A DNA stretch of 61,978 nucleotides, counting the filler, from Choristocarpus tenellus KU-1152 (Eukaryota; Protista; Phaeophyceae), in the NCBI GenBank assembly GCA_964200185.2. It is 9 parts of 9 records of this genome, joined end to end, with 100 filler letters (N's around TTAATTAATTAA, not from the genome) between each part and the next. Parts side by side here need not be neighbours in the genome. Positions count along the whole stretch, not along the records: positions 41,365 to 44,449 come from CAXNAD020022427.1; positions 44,550 to 49,452 come from CAXNAD020012593.1; positions 49,553 to 57,429 come from CAXNAD020005456.1; 6 more parts are not named here. One strand, given 5' to 3'. The position numbers and the translations under genes are program-made. Within the stretch, counting starts at the first letter, position 1. Every line of letters starts with the position of its first letter. The notes beneath the pieces were generated by a model. It was not told where the DNA came from. It was given only the letters and a program-made list of their open reading frames with translations, and did not search any database. Below are positions 41,700 through 53,601 of this stretch, in pieces.

Positions 41700-43600
41700 C
41701 AACATGAGGGCATGACATCTGCAATAGATGTCTTATTCAATACCTACCAATAAGAAGCTATCCTCCCCTTCACCTTCCCTTTTTAGTGTGAAAGCAACAA
41801 CGCAATGGTGAGAGTTGCTCAGCCCCAGCAAATCCAGAGATGAGTAGATCTTCCCAGTTTGGATGCCACCACAGTGATCCTCAATGCAACGCTTCATCGG
41901 AAAACTGGTAACGGGACTCCTGACTGATGCATACCCCCACTCTTGTTGTTGACACATTTTCTTCAGTGCTTCCACGTTACCCATTCTGTTCACATCTCCT
42001 CCTGCCTCAATGTCGAGATAACATGAACGTCATGACGGCTTGAAAAGACCTTTGCTCCAGGTTGCAAACTCGTTTGCCCCACTATAAACTACTCTAGGAG
42101 TTAAAAAACAGCGACCTTGCCCCAGATAAATTCTGATCAATTACACACTCGGAGATTCCTATGCAGTTGTATGAGAAGAAAGTGCCTGCTCCACCATGAG
42201 CTCACCCACCCACAGAGACACATTCACACTCACCCCCGCCAACACATGCTCAACCCCCCTTCTTCTATCCTGTGTAATCCGTTAGGTGTCGGTGCAGTGC
42301 ATCATCCTTTCGGCAGGCTACTTTGTATTGGCAATGTATGCTTTAGTCATTCACAAAAAGGTGAGGCGGTGGCTGCACCTGTTGGGCCCCGTATTTCTAC
42401 CACCTTCAGTATTTGAATGTCATCCCACGGTCTCTCTTTGATGCAGTCCTGAGACATCCCAGCCAATGTAAACTTACTTATCTTTGGCTGACCTCTTCTC
42501 CGTTCACGTCCCTCACTACTCCTATACCAACAATGTAGGCATGCATGGATAGGCCCAGTAGCGGTAGAGCTCCCTATTCCCAACTGCAGTGCTTCCCCAC
42601 ATAGCTTGTTCCATCAAGCCCACGAGAGTAATCCCATCGATCCCTAACCAGTACAATTATAGTATGGGAACCCAAGCCTTGACCCCATCCCTAGTCAAAT
42701 ATATTTCTCATTGATTGCGAGGCAGACAGCATGAGTGAAAGTATCTTAGAGGGTACGAGTTTTGCCCCGTTTGTCCATTTGGGGCTTGCCTTCTCACGGG
42801 TTTTTAATGACATTTTACATACTCCAAAATGTTTCGGAGTACATAAAATGTATATGTTATGAAAAGGAGTGTCCAGAACAAGGATAGTGACATCTCCTAA
42901 CAAACATGATAGCCAAAATAACGTCAAAATTGCAACATTGGATTTTGACCCCCATATGGACGTGGCCCTACCCTCTAAGATCCATTGACTCGCATGGCAG
43001 TAAGTCTGACAGTGAAGCTGTCACCCACGTCCACTGTGAGAAAGAAGAGATAGTAAACGCAACTAAGGGGGGATGTGGTTTGACCATTTTGAGTTTTGAG
43101 GGGTCTTTAGCTTAGCGTGAAGAAGATGAAGACACTTGCAAAAGAGCATCAATATTGATAACCAGAGATAGCCCCAAAACAGTCAAAATGCACTCCACAC
43201 CTGTGGACTGATTGCTCCGAGGCACGTGTCACCAGAAGGCCGGAGGGGTCCTTACAACTCAGCGACACCCCTCTCTGGGCTACATTGACTCAGATACCAC
43301 TGCTCAAGTCATCATAAGGAGGGCCAACTCTCAATCTCAAACCTGACGTGAGCCTTGGCCATATCTCTATTCCTCCTTTTGTCTCGTGTTGCAATGGTAA
43401 ATCACTGCATGTTTTGTGCAAACCTCTTGAAGAGAATCGAGAAAAGGTTGATTGAGAAACTGCTGCTTGGCAGGGTGAGACGGAGGAGTTGGGCCAGCAC
43501 AATGCTGTGTGCCCATCTGTGGATGACCAAGTGAGTGATAGGACTGGCATGAGAATTGAGCGGGCCCCCTCCCTTGCCATGAGCATGTAACATCTTAAAC
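41700..43600 (-). mobile_element. Degenerate LINE-like remnant
   Basis: Broken frames with APE-endonuclease-end-like IEDH..SHHCVVAFTL and RT-start-like SINLFSILFKRFA; interrupted by a family A MITE. Confidence 0.3.
42733..42991. mobile_element. MITE family A (Sola2-like)
   Basis: 259 bp, GAG..CTC termini, ~23-bp TIR, TSD GCAT (42729-42732, 42992-42995). Confidence 0.9.
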
Positions 43601-44585
43601 GGAGCTTGTCAATACTTAGGCGAGAAAATGTACTGGTTGGTGAGAATAGTGGTGTAGGACTGCTTCGGTGGTGTGAATGTCATGCCTCAACAGCCAAAGC
43701 GTATGGAACCCGCATTATCAGGACAGAGCATAACTATTTGAATTTCTCAGAATACTGTGATATATCGATTGGGCACGGGCTGGGGTTCGAAAGTTTAGAT
43801 TTTTGCCCAACCTAGGGCACCTGGGTCATAGCAATAGTGCCCACATGTTGGCAAGGATCCGCTAGCACTGGAGTGCTGAGGTGCTATTGAGAGTCGGTTG
43901 AATATTTGTCCCACCTGACCCCTCCTAAAACATAGGCTACTCATCTGTTTTTCCTTGATACGAAACAGTTCCACCAGTCAACACTGACTGTTGATCAGTC
44001 AGTCCGTTACGCACTGATCTTTACTGTCACTAGTTCATCATCACCGCATCAATTACCATCAGAACACCACAGTACAATAACAGTTGCTCTGCATTCTGCA
44101 CACTGGAATAGTATGTGTCACTTGAGTTGCATCACATATTGATTTAAGTTTGTTCTCTTGTTTGTTTTTCTTTCACTCTTTCTTCTTCTTATCAGCAGAA
44201 GATGACAGTTGTACGTTAATTGTTGATTATTTCTTTCTTGGCTGCCATTGATCACTCAGAATGCACCAAGCTCACTCTGCAATAAGTGTACCTGATGCAC
44301 ACCAGGATGTAACATATTCAGAGTTAAAACCCTCCACAGAAACCCTTGCCAGTCAAAGTAACAAGCCTATCCACAGAGCATGGACTTCTTTCATTGAGTA
44401 TCTCATGAAAGAACACTGAATCCACATCCCATCATTCATGAATGAGCGANNNNNNNNNNNNNNNNNNNNNNNNNNNNNNNNNNNNNNNNNNNNTTAATTA
44501 ATTAANNNNNNNNNNNNNNNNNNNNNNNNNNNNNNNNNNNNNNNNNNNNCCCCCTCGTTCCTTCTTGTCTATCTCTCTCTCTTGC

Positions 44586-46790
44586 CTGCATCCGAGTTCG
44601 GACCATCCAGATCGGATTTGTGATCGTGTTCTGAACAATCCCAGCAGTCAGGCCGGAGGCTACCTCTGCCAGGTCTCTGTGCCTATTTCCAAGGCGTGAT
44701 GGGTCTGTGACGTAGTTCTTCATCTTGGAGTACGCCCAGAAATACGTCGAGCGCGCTGGGATGATGCCAATGAGGCCGGGTGCGAGCCCTCGGAAAAAGC
44801 CTTTGGTCGGTAGAAATCCGTAGCGTATACGGACAATGTTTCAGGTGGGGCTTGGGATACATGGGGTCATTATACATGTAGATAAATGTTCACATTTGGT
44901 GGGTGGGTGAGGGGTGGTGGTGGTGGGCAGAGTGGAGTGGAGTTGGGGGGTTGTAAAGGGGACTTGAGTAGAACGGGTTGGAAAGCGACCTGAGGAGAAG
45001 ATGGAATGTGCAGGAGAGAGCACATGCGGGGGGGTAGTGGTTCGAGGTGGGGATGGGGGCAATCTGCAGTGTGAGGGGGAGAGGGCGGAGGGATGAAAAT
45101 AAGGTTAGGGACTGTAGTTGAATGAGGAAAGATAGTTGGAGTGGCAGTGGAGTGAGAACTGTGGGTATTGTGCATGGTCAATGGGAAGTAGATTATATTT
45201 TCCAGGGAAGCAGCCCAGATTGTGTTGTGGAGATGAAGGTGAGGGAAGGAGAGGGACTGTTTCTATAGTAGAGCAGAATTTCTGGCCAGTAAATAAAAAG
45301 ATGAAATCATTATTTCATCTTGATGCGTATTGAAGTTGTAGGGCAGAGGTGTCAAGGTCTTGATGCTTATTGTCATACCGGGGCAGGTGTACATATGATT
45401 CTCGGGTCCCCGTCAGGCGATTCTTCAACAACCCCAATTATGTGAGATAGCAGCAGAGGAGTGGTCAATCAATGCTAAACAAAATAATAATTAGATATGC
45501 GATATGCACATTCCCCTACCAAATAAAGCTCAATAGTGACATCTATGATATGATGTAGTATGTTAATCACAAGGTCACATTGCCCTGACCTGACAAGTTG
45601 AAGGAAGGACACACCTGCAAACTGGCATACCTTCAACCAACCAATGATTACTCTGATCAAGTTGAGGTCAACCATTTACTTTCCATCCTCTCCCTCCAAA
45701 GATTGGCTGAGGGATTACTTAACAGAACACAGCGTTGACTGTCTAGGAAGTTAAGTCACTACTTGTACGCTTAGTCCCACGTGTTTGTACAACGAAAATG
45801 GATACACGGAAGTCATGACAGCAAGTTGCCACCCTCTCACTAAGATTTGGAGGTTTGCAAAATCACGTTTGATTCACTTGTATACGACTGCTGTGATCCT
45901 CTACCCCTGAGCATTTATCACCTCGTACTCCCTCGGTCCTGAAGATATTCCCTGCTATGGTTAAAGGGTTGCTGCCCTTGGCCACCGATGATGCCTGCAG
46001 CTGTGTCTTCACCACCTGGAACTCGCCACATTGAGGATTCATCGTGCAGCACGGTTGTGTGATGAAAGGAAGTCCCGGGTGAGAAAATCGCCCTGGTTAT
46101 CATCATCAATTGGACCACAATATCTCCTGGCAAATTGTTTGTGCGTAACATTTCTGGGGTGTCGACCAACAGGGGGTTCTAGTTGGGACAGGGCACTTGA
46201 GTCTTGCAATCAGAGGGGATTTGAACGTACCAATGAGCGCATTATCACATAAAAATATGAAGTCCAGGTCACGGAAGTGTACCAACAGCGGCAACGTTGC
46301 TGTCTAACACATGCTTTTCACTACGACGGCTGTTGCTGGCACATGGTGCTACTCTTGGATTCAAGGGTGTGCCAAGGGAGAAGACATCGCCGTCTTCTAC
46401 CTACCAGCACAAAATATGCCATCCTCTGTGATCCTTCATACCCACCTCAATGGGACATGTTACAGTTGTTGATATGGAACCAGCCATGCCCCCTGCTATA
46501 AAGCTATTGCGTCCTGTCCTCTCCGACTTTCCTTCCGAACCTGCGTCGTATCTCCCAACCCCTCCTGCAACTGCGCCATTCCCTTCTCCCCCCCGAAGTT
46601 TGAACTGTACTTTATTGCTAGTCGCCATAGGCTCCTTCGTTTTGCTCGATCCCCAGGGTCCCACACCTACCCCTTTGGCGCTTCCACAACTAGAGCAGAC
46701 TATGCCAACAAAAAGGCAAACACGAAGAATACTTTGCATACAATACAGTGATCCCCTGGCTACACTCCTTTGCTGCGGGAACCCAACCAT
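44586..46790 (-). CDS. Mitochondrial carrier family protein, SLC25A33/36 (Rim2 pyrimidine nucleotide carrier)-like, 5' part
   Basis: Exons 46446-46739 (or 46790), 45922-46015, 44586-44800 in phase: FIAGGMAG..TCPIEVVKTQLQ, GFFRGLAPGLIGIIPARSTYF, TNPIWMVRTRMQ. Confidence 0.9.
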
Positions 46791-47239
46791 CCTACGCCTA
46801 CGGGAAGTACTCTGAACACCTCCTTCTGTAGCCGTCCAAAGAACTTGCTTCTAAGATTCATTGAACTTGCGGAGGCGTTGCTGCTGTGTCGTTTCGTCGT
46901 TTCGTGTTGATTATATATAGATGACCAATGATTTTTTCTTTGTGAACAGTTTACATATGTTTGATCACTCCCTCATTTATCACTCCTTGTTGAGGTGTGA
47001 TGGACTAGGAGAATGAAGTGTTTGTATCACACTTCAGTACACTGTACTACTGTAGTACACCTATGATATGTCCCTGAACCCTGAATCTAGCACTACCGCT
47101 ATTGATACAACTACCACTACCATAGATCTGTAGATCTGGGTCCTTTACGCTAATCGATTAGTGTGTTATTCTCCCTTGCCAGTGACACAAAGTCGTTCTT
47201 CAACTTGGCTGAATTTGATCAATCGTTGAGACAGGACGA

Positions 47240-49062
47240 ATGAGGACGCAGGAGACTCACGACCTAAAGGGAAAATTCTTCGATTACATGGACGACAAGG
47301 TTGAGTCTAGGAGATGCATTCAGTCAGAGGAAGGATTGCCAGGTCCACACAAGTATTTGCGTATATTTAGTAGTGTATTACCATTCTCACATCATACCTC
47401 TCTCTTCAAATGCAGGAGGCGTTGGAGGAAGAAGACGCAATTGCTTCTACACTCTTACAGAGCGGTCCCTTGTTTCACGACATATCATTCCCAGCCAATG
47501 GTGTCTCTTTGTACAGGACACCTCAGCAACCTCCTCGAGGGGCGATGCCTCCTGCCTTGGTGCGGTGGGGACGAGTCTGTCACCTTGAAATTCGAGGATG
47601 TTACAGCCCAGTCACCTTTCCAAAAGAAGGTAAAAGTACATAAAAGTTTATATGTTGGGTATCGAAGTGTAGCAGCTAAGATGGAAAGAACGATTCGAAG
47701 GGTGGAGAAGAACTTGTGAACAACTCTCAATTTCAGCTTAGAGACAGATAGCTGGCCGACATCAGACTTACAAAGTGACCCAAGTAGTTGATCTATCTTC
47801 TGATTCGGTGACTTTCATAAGATGTGCAGCTGCCGGATATCCCCAAGAAAACTCCAAAAAGGAAGCATTGGACACCACTCTTAGGGTAGAAGCCCTTGAA
47901 GGAGAGGGGTATAGTGCTTTCGAGTTGAGTCTCAAGGCCCCCTGCATTGCATTTACGCATTTTCAACGCTGGTAGAAAACTCAACCCTACTTCCTATGCC
48001 CTTCCCTTCCCCAGGACTCCCACTTTGTGGTATTTCCCAGGGCGCATTGGGCAATATTTGGCTAGTAAGCGCTTTCAACATACTCATCTCATCCCCGCAT
48101 ACACTACGACATGTCATCGTCTCAGAGAGGCACAAAGACAAAGGTAGAATCCCATCCCAATCTTTGTCACCCAATTGAGCAGTCTTGAGTCTCATGAACC
48201 TACTGTGGATAGTATATAGAGTGCACTGCTGAAAAAAAATGGAATGGATTTGCTTTTCATATTGTTGGCAACACGTAGGCTGTATTTCCTTGGTCCTTCA
48301 CCCCAATCAGTTGTTCCCACAGCAACACGATTGACCTGGTAAACTTCTCGCACAGGATTATTCACTCTCAAGCTTTTCAAGGAAGGACAATGGAGGTACA
48401 TGCACCTTGATGATTGTTTCCCCTGTTCATATGCCGGCATGCTGCACTATTGTAACCCAAGGGAACCCAATCAGGCAAGGAATTATTAGTCAGTCGAGGC
48501 GAATATGCTTTCTCAATATGATGCACCTCAAGGTGCAAGTGCCTCCGTCCCTCAGACGAAATGCCGCATTATCGCATTACCCTCCTAAGCCTATCCCGAA
48601 GTCTCCTCTCATCTGAGTGGGGGCACATACACCCTGGCACAAAGGAGGCTAATAACCAAATCGAGATACTGACGTTAAGGCAGGGAACACGGAAAGTGAT
48701 TGAATTCACTGGATCGAACCCCTCAAAATCTGAGCGACACTCTCAACACAAACCAATTTCTACAAATCACAACAAAGAGAAAACACTATCAAGCCCCCAC
48801 TTAACCCTAGCAAACCCTGAGTCACCAACAAAAAAAGTCGGCAACCCCCCCCCTCCCCCTCCCCCCCTTCCAAGATTTGGGGTCCGCTTATTGAGAAGGC
48901 GTTTGCAAAGCTTTACGGCTGCTACGAGAGCTTGGGTCGCCGATCTATCGAGGAGGGGCTGCGGTGCATCACCGGCGTCCTTCTCTTACGAATGAACCTG
49001 GACAGGACCATGTCGGGGTCACAGGAACCGCACACCCAAAAAAATTGGTCGGCGATGCGCAG
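47240..49062 (+). CDS. Calpain-like (CysPc domain) protein with Ile in place of the catalytic Cys; 5' part
   Basis: Exons 47240-47299, 47416-47629, 48015-48143, 48356-48474, 48875-49062 in phase: FHDISFP..SLY..WGR, QGALGNIWLVSA, GQWRYMHLDDCFP, IWGPLIEKAFAKLYGCYESL. Confidence 0.88.
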
Positions 49063-50249
49063 GTAGGCACTCACTCCAACACACACTCGAGGACAGAGCG
49101 TTAGCACTCATGTGTAACACAACATAACGCTTCGGCATTGTTGCAACAGAGAGTGTGTTTGTTTTTTTTTGTTTTTTGGGGGGGGAGGGGGGGGGGGCAA
49201 GGGCAGACTGACATCGGGCAAGACATAGCCTCGGGAGTTGGACGGACGAAAGGCTGTGTCTTCTTGAGGGACCGAATAAGAGTTAGACTCTCAATTGGAT
49301 ATCGAACAACCAGTGTTGCCTGCGAGATGGCACCAAGAAGAAGTGATTTATCTTGAACAACAAAATATAGCAGAACAAGTGCTCCCTCCCCCCCCCACAA
49401 AACAAACACACCCCAACACAAACACACCCCACCCCACACCCCAAACACCAAANNNNNNNNNNNNNNNNNNNNNNNNNNNNNNNNNNNNNNNNNNNNTTAA
49501 TTAATTAANNNNNNNNNNNNNNNNNNNNNNNNNNNNNNNNNNNNNNNNNNNNAGATGGTAGGTGTTTTGGGGGGGTCGGTGGTGGGGGGTGGGAAGAGAA
49601 AAAAAAAGGGGGGGGGGGGGGGGGGGGGGGGGGGAGTAACTTGAAGATAAAACGCAGACACTTTTTTAGAAGGATTGATCTCAGCTGATTGAGGAGGTCG
49701 CAGGGGGATGGGATAGTTGCTTATTTTTTGTGCACATGAATCAGGATATCAACGCATGACTTGCTGTAGGGACTAGATTGGCTTGGAAGAGAATCGTAAA
49801 CGATGGGACACCAACCATATATTTTTTAGCAGATTTATGAATGTCTGTGGAAGCAGAGAGAGAGAGAGAGAGAGAGAGGAAAAACAGAGTTAAAACGTTA
49901 GGAAAAGTCTAATCCAACTTATATCCGTTTCACATGTCATCAGCACACATGTCAAGTGTTCCTGACTGAATAGTTAGAAAAATGCCTGCTTTTACTTACG
50001 CGCGCGCGCGCGCGCGTGTGTGTAGATGTATCTATGTTTGAATTTTTTCGCATGTTCATGTTTTATGGGTGTATTGTGTGAACACTAAGAGATTGCCCAC
50101 CAAAAACTCAAGCAAAATGCGGCAACCTGCACCTATCTACGATTCCCTCCCCTGAAGCCCTCTAAAACTCCATTCCAGCACTGTATTTCGCTGCGTACAC
50201 TGGGGCATTTGGGGGGAGCTTGCTCGCCTTCTCGGCCTTTCCCTTCCTA

Positions 50250-51560
50250 AAGTGGAGAATTTTGAAGACGTTGTCACCCTTGGACCCCAGCATTTTACTG
50301 TAGACGGCGAAGAGGCTCTCTGTTGCACACGCTGTAGTGTCTCCCGGGGGTATGAACCGAACGCCTCCAATGTGGCCTCCACCAGCTCCTCTTAATTGGA
50401 CACCCCCACATCTTTGTTCTGTTGCTGGATGGAATGAAAGAATCCGAGGTCGTTGACATTGATATCAGGTGCGTTGACTAGTTGGGTCTATATGACAACC
50501 TTGTCCCCTGTCATCTCCTCGATTGCCTCCTTGATCCCCCCCTTTTTAAGTGGCTCTGCCCCGTCCCTCCTTCTGCACCAAGACGGTGTGTCCTTCTGGC
50601 CTACATACAAAGGTCTTGATTTCTGGGATGGCATCCTCAATCATGAGCTTCTTACACCTTTCCCCTTCCACCTTGTCTGGCACAAGCACCTTGGTACGCT
50701 CGTTGTTGTCCAGAGTGCTGAGTGACCATAGTGTCCACAATTGGCTGGATCCCGATTTTCCCATTGAACTACACCCTGTTGGAGAGCTTCCTAGTGCGGG
50801 CCACAGTTGCAAGGAATAATATCACCTTTGTAATGTAACACTTATTCTGTGCCAGGTGGGGTTTGGAGAGTCCTCGGTGAGGTGCAGGTACACACCTTGC
50901 CCATCTTTGAGGATGTAAAACCTCTTCTCATCCACATGCACCCAGTCATATACACTCTCCACTAATACCCCACATCCTCCCCTCGTGTGCATGTGGCTGA
51001 TGACGAAACCCACCTTGTTTACTTTCTGCTGGTCTGAGAGGACTGACTTAATCCACCCCTTGATCTTCACTTTATCACACTTGCACAGATCTCACAATGG
51101 GGCAAGGGATCCCCAAACTTCGGCTGTCCATTTGAGGATGTGTGGTGTACCAATGGGACATCCCCAACATCGAGTATACTTTTACAGCAGCTAAATGACA
51201 CCTTGTAATGTTTTACAAGGTCGATACATTCACCCCGTGCGATCTAGTGATTATACTCCTAATGACTAAACATGGTGATTCGAGAAATTCTGAAATCCTC
51301 CATGATGGCTGCTGCCGTCCCCTGAGGCATCTGAGTCTCGTGGTTCTTACCTCCGGACATCGTGCCTCCACACTGTTCTTTGTCTCGATGTTTAAGTCCT
51401 GAACCCAGACAAACTTCTTGGTCGAAGAATTGGATTCTACAGGTGACAATGGGTTGACCAAGTTGCTCAATCGACAGGGGTCTTTCGCCCTAGGCATCCC
51501 AATAAACACCCACTTTGACAGTTCCAGAAGGTTTTTGAAACCCGTCAAGTGTGACTTGGT
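50250..51560 (-). mobile_element. Degenerate mariner-like transposase of the plant (DD39D, Soymar/Osmar-like) type
   Basis: VHVDEKRFY, FLATVARTR, FNGKIGI, NAPDINVNDLGFFHSIQ with stops and frameshifts; TIRs not resolved. Confidence 0.8.
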
Positions 51561-53342
51561 TGACTTTGCACTGGTGATCCTCTGCGGTCATGACAGACCT
51601 CTATCTCAAACTCTGCATGCCTCCCAATTGGTTAAAAATGCATGCCTCGTCTAGAGGGTCTATCACATGGGTTGTTCCCGGGTGAGAATGGAGCTTACAA
51701 ACGTTCTGTTGCACTTAACTCCGAAAGGAGGAAGTAGTAATAGTGGTTTAAGGAGGTAGGTTCCAATCTGCTCATTTGAGTCTCCCAGGGGATATCTTCG
51801 ACTAAATCAGTTGTCAGGATTGCGGATGTACCAGTTGGGTTTGGTGGAGATGACGGGTATTCTCCAGAGAGGTTGAGCGTTGCCTTCACATCCTCAGACT
51901 GGCACTTGTCTTTGGCCACATCTTCATTGCATGCTAGTATAAGGAGTTCTCACTTCGTGGATTCCTCTTTAAACTATCATCATGACTCACACTGTCGTAA
52001 GGTAGGTTCCAATCAGTCATGGGGAGTGATCATAATCACCTGTTGTGTCAAAGGGGAGTTGCTTGAGCAAAACCCACGGGTTTCACAACCATCCATTCTT
52101 GGGAGAAAGCCTGAGTTGAACCTCGGATCTCATTGTGAGCATCAAGATAAAATGATCTAGGAATTCCCAGGACTTCTCTGTAATTAATGTTGATGTGAAT
52201 GTCACTAATGACAAAGATGTGTATGTGACATATACACTCATGTGTGCACACAGAAATGGATTTGGCTAAAATCATCTCCCAACCGGACACAATAAACAAT
52301 TAGAATGAATAGTGGAAGTGTTTCCATGGCGATGATGTGGCAGACCAAAGGGTCAAAATATTCCCTTGTCGGCCATAGTTAAAAACATTAATATGTCCAA
52401 GTCTGTGGGGGTTGCTAATTCAACATGACCAAGGCTGCTGGTCAGCCGGGTACAATTAAGCTTGAACATGGCTGAGTTCGTGACCATCAACTGTTTCAAC
52501 GTGACGGAGCCACGTGCCAACCCACAGTCATTTGGTTGATATCAAACTTGAGACCTGTTCGACCTGATGAAATGCCTGCATACTCTAGACACTCATCCTA
52601 CAGCAGTGGTTAATCCTCATAGTGTGAGGACAAGTCCCCTCGAAAGTGATGCAAGCAGGACGAAGACGAGTATTGCTATTGCGTAACCCTCCGCACAGGT
52701 GATAATTTCCTTCTCTACTTTGCAATGTTCGCAGCATGGCACTTTGAGAAGAATATCTATCCACCCCATACATGCGATTATCTGTACACTAGAATCCTGG
52801 ACAAACGTGTCCAACCTTCTTGTCTGGCTAGCTCTGTGCGTCTGTTCGCACGCTACCAAAAAGTGTACTCCTCCACCAAGAAGAAGGTGAGGATGTAGCA
52901 TGTGCTTTATAAAGTTACAGCGAAGAGTGATTCCTATCCATAAGGGGGGTAGTTTCTAATCTTCATAATCACACTTTCAGGCAATTCGGTACATCACCAA
53001 CTGAAACACTTCCTGGAATATTACTTGAACATCACTATATTCCAATGTCCTGATCCATCACCATCTACCGCTCTGCGTGCATTATCTTGCTACGTATATA
53101 AATAATATCTCATGTATACCAATAGGAACATTTAGTGTGTACAGTAATTCAAAGCATTTCCTTACGCGAACATTCTCTTCTAGATGCATAGTCCGCATCA
53201 GGAAACACCTCCAGTTGTTTTTCCACGTTTCTATCGTATGTAATGCCAGTCACCCTTGTTTGACTCACATACCCTACAATCTGTTTAACAGCTTTCCAAT
53301 GCCTTTGCCTTGGGTTACTGCTAAATCAGGCAACTGTCATTA

Positions 53343-53601
53343 GAGTTAACGTATCTTAGAGGGTAGAGCCGCATCCCTTTGGGGGAAAAAATACAATGTT
53401 CCGATTTTGATGTAATTATGGCTATCGCTTTTGTTGGGAAGTGTCAAGATCCTTGTTCTGGACACACCTTTTCATAACGTACACATTTTACCCACTCCGA
53501 AACATTTCAGAGTGGGAAAAATGTCATAAGAAAACTGTGGAAAGCCAAGCCCCAAGTGGACAAACAGGGCAAAACTCTTACCCTCTAAGATACTTTCACT
53601 C
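53343..53601. mobile_element. MITE family A (Sola2-like) inserted in Copia RT
   Basis: 259 bp, TSD ATTA (53339-53342, 53602-53605); removal restores RPDITNEVMTVA. Confidence 0.9.

Noticed and set aside
49207-49345. Possible next calpain exon
   Set aside because: The acceptors tried give an in-phase stop soon after; not supported.
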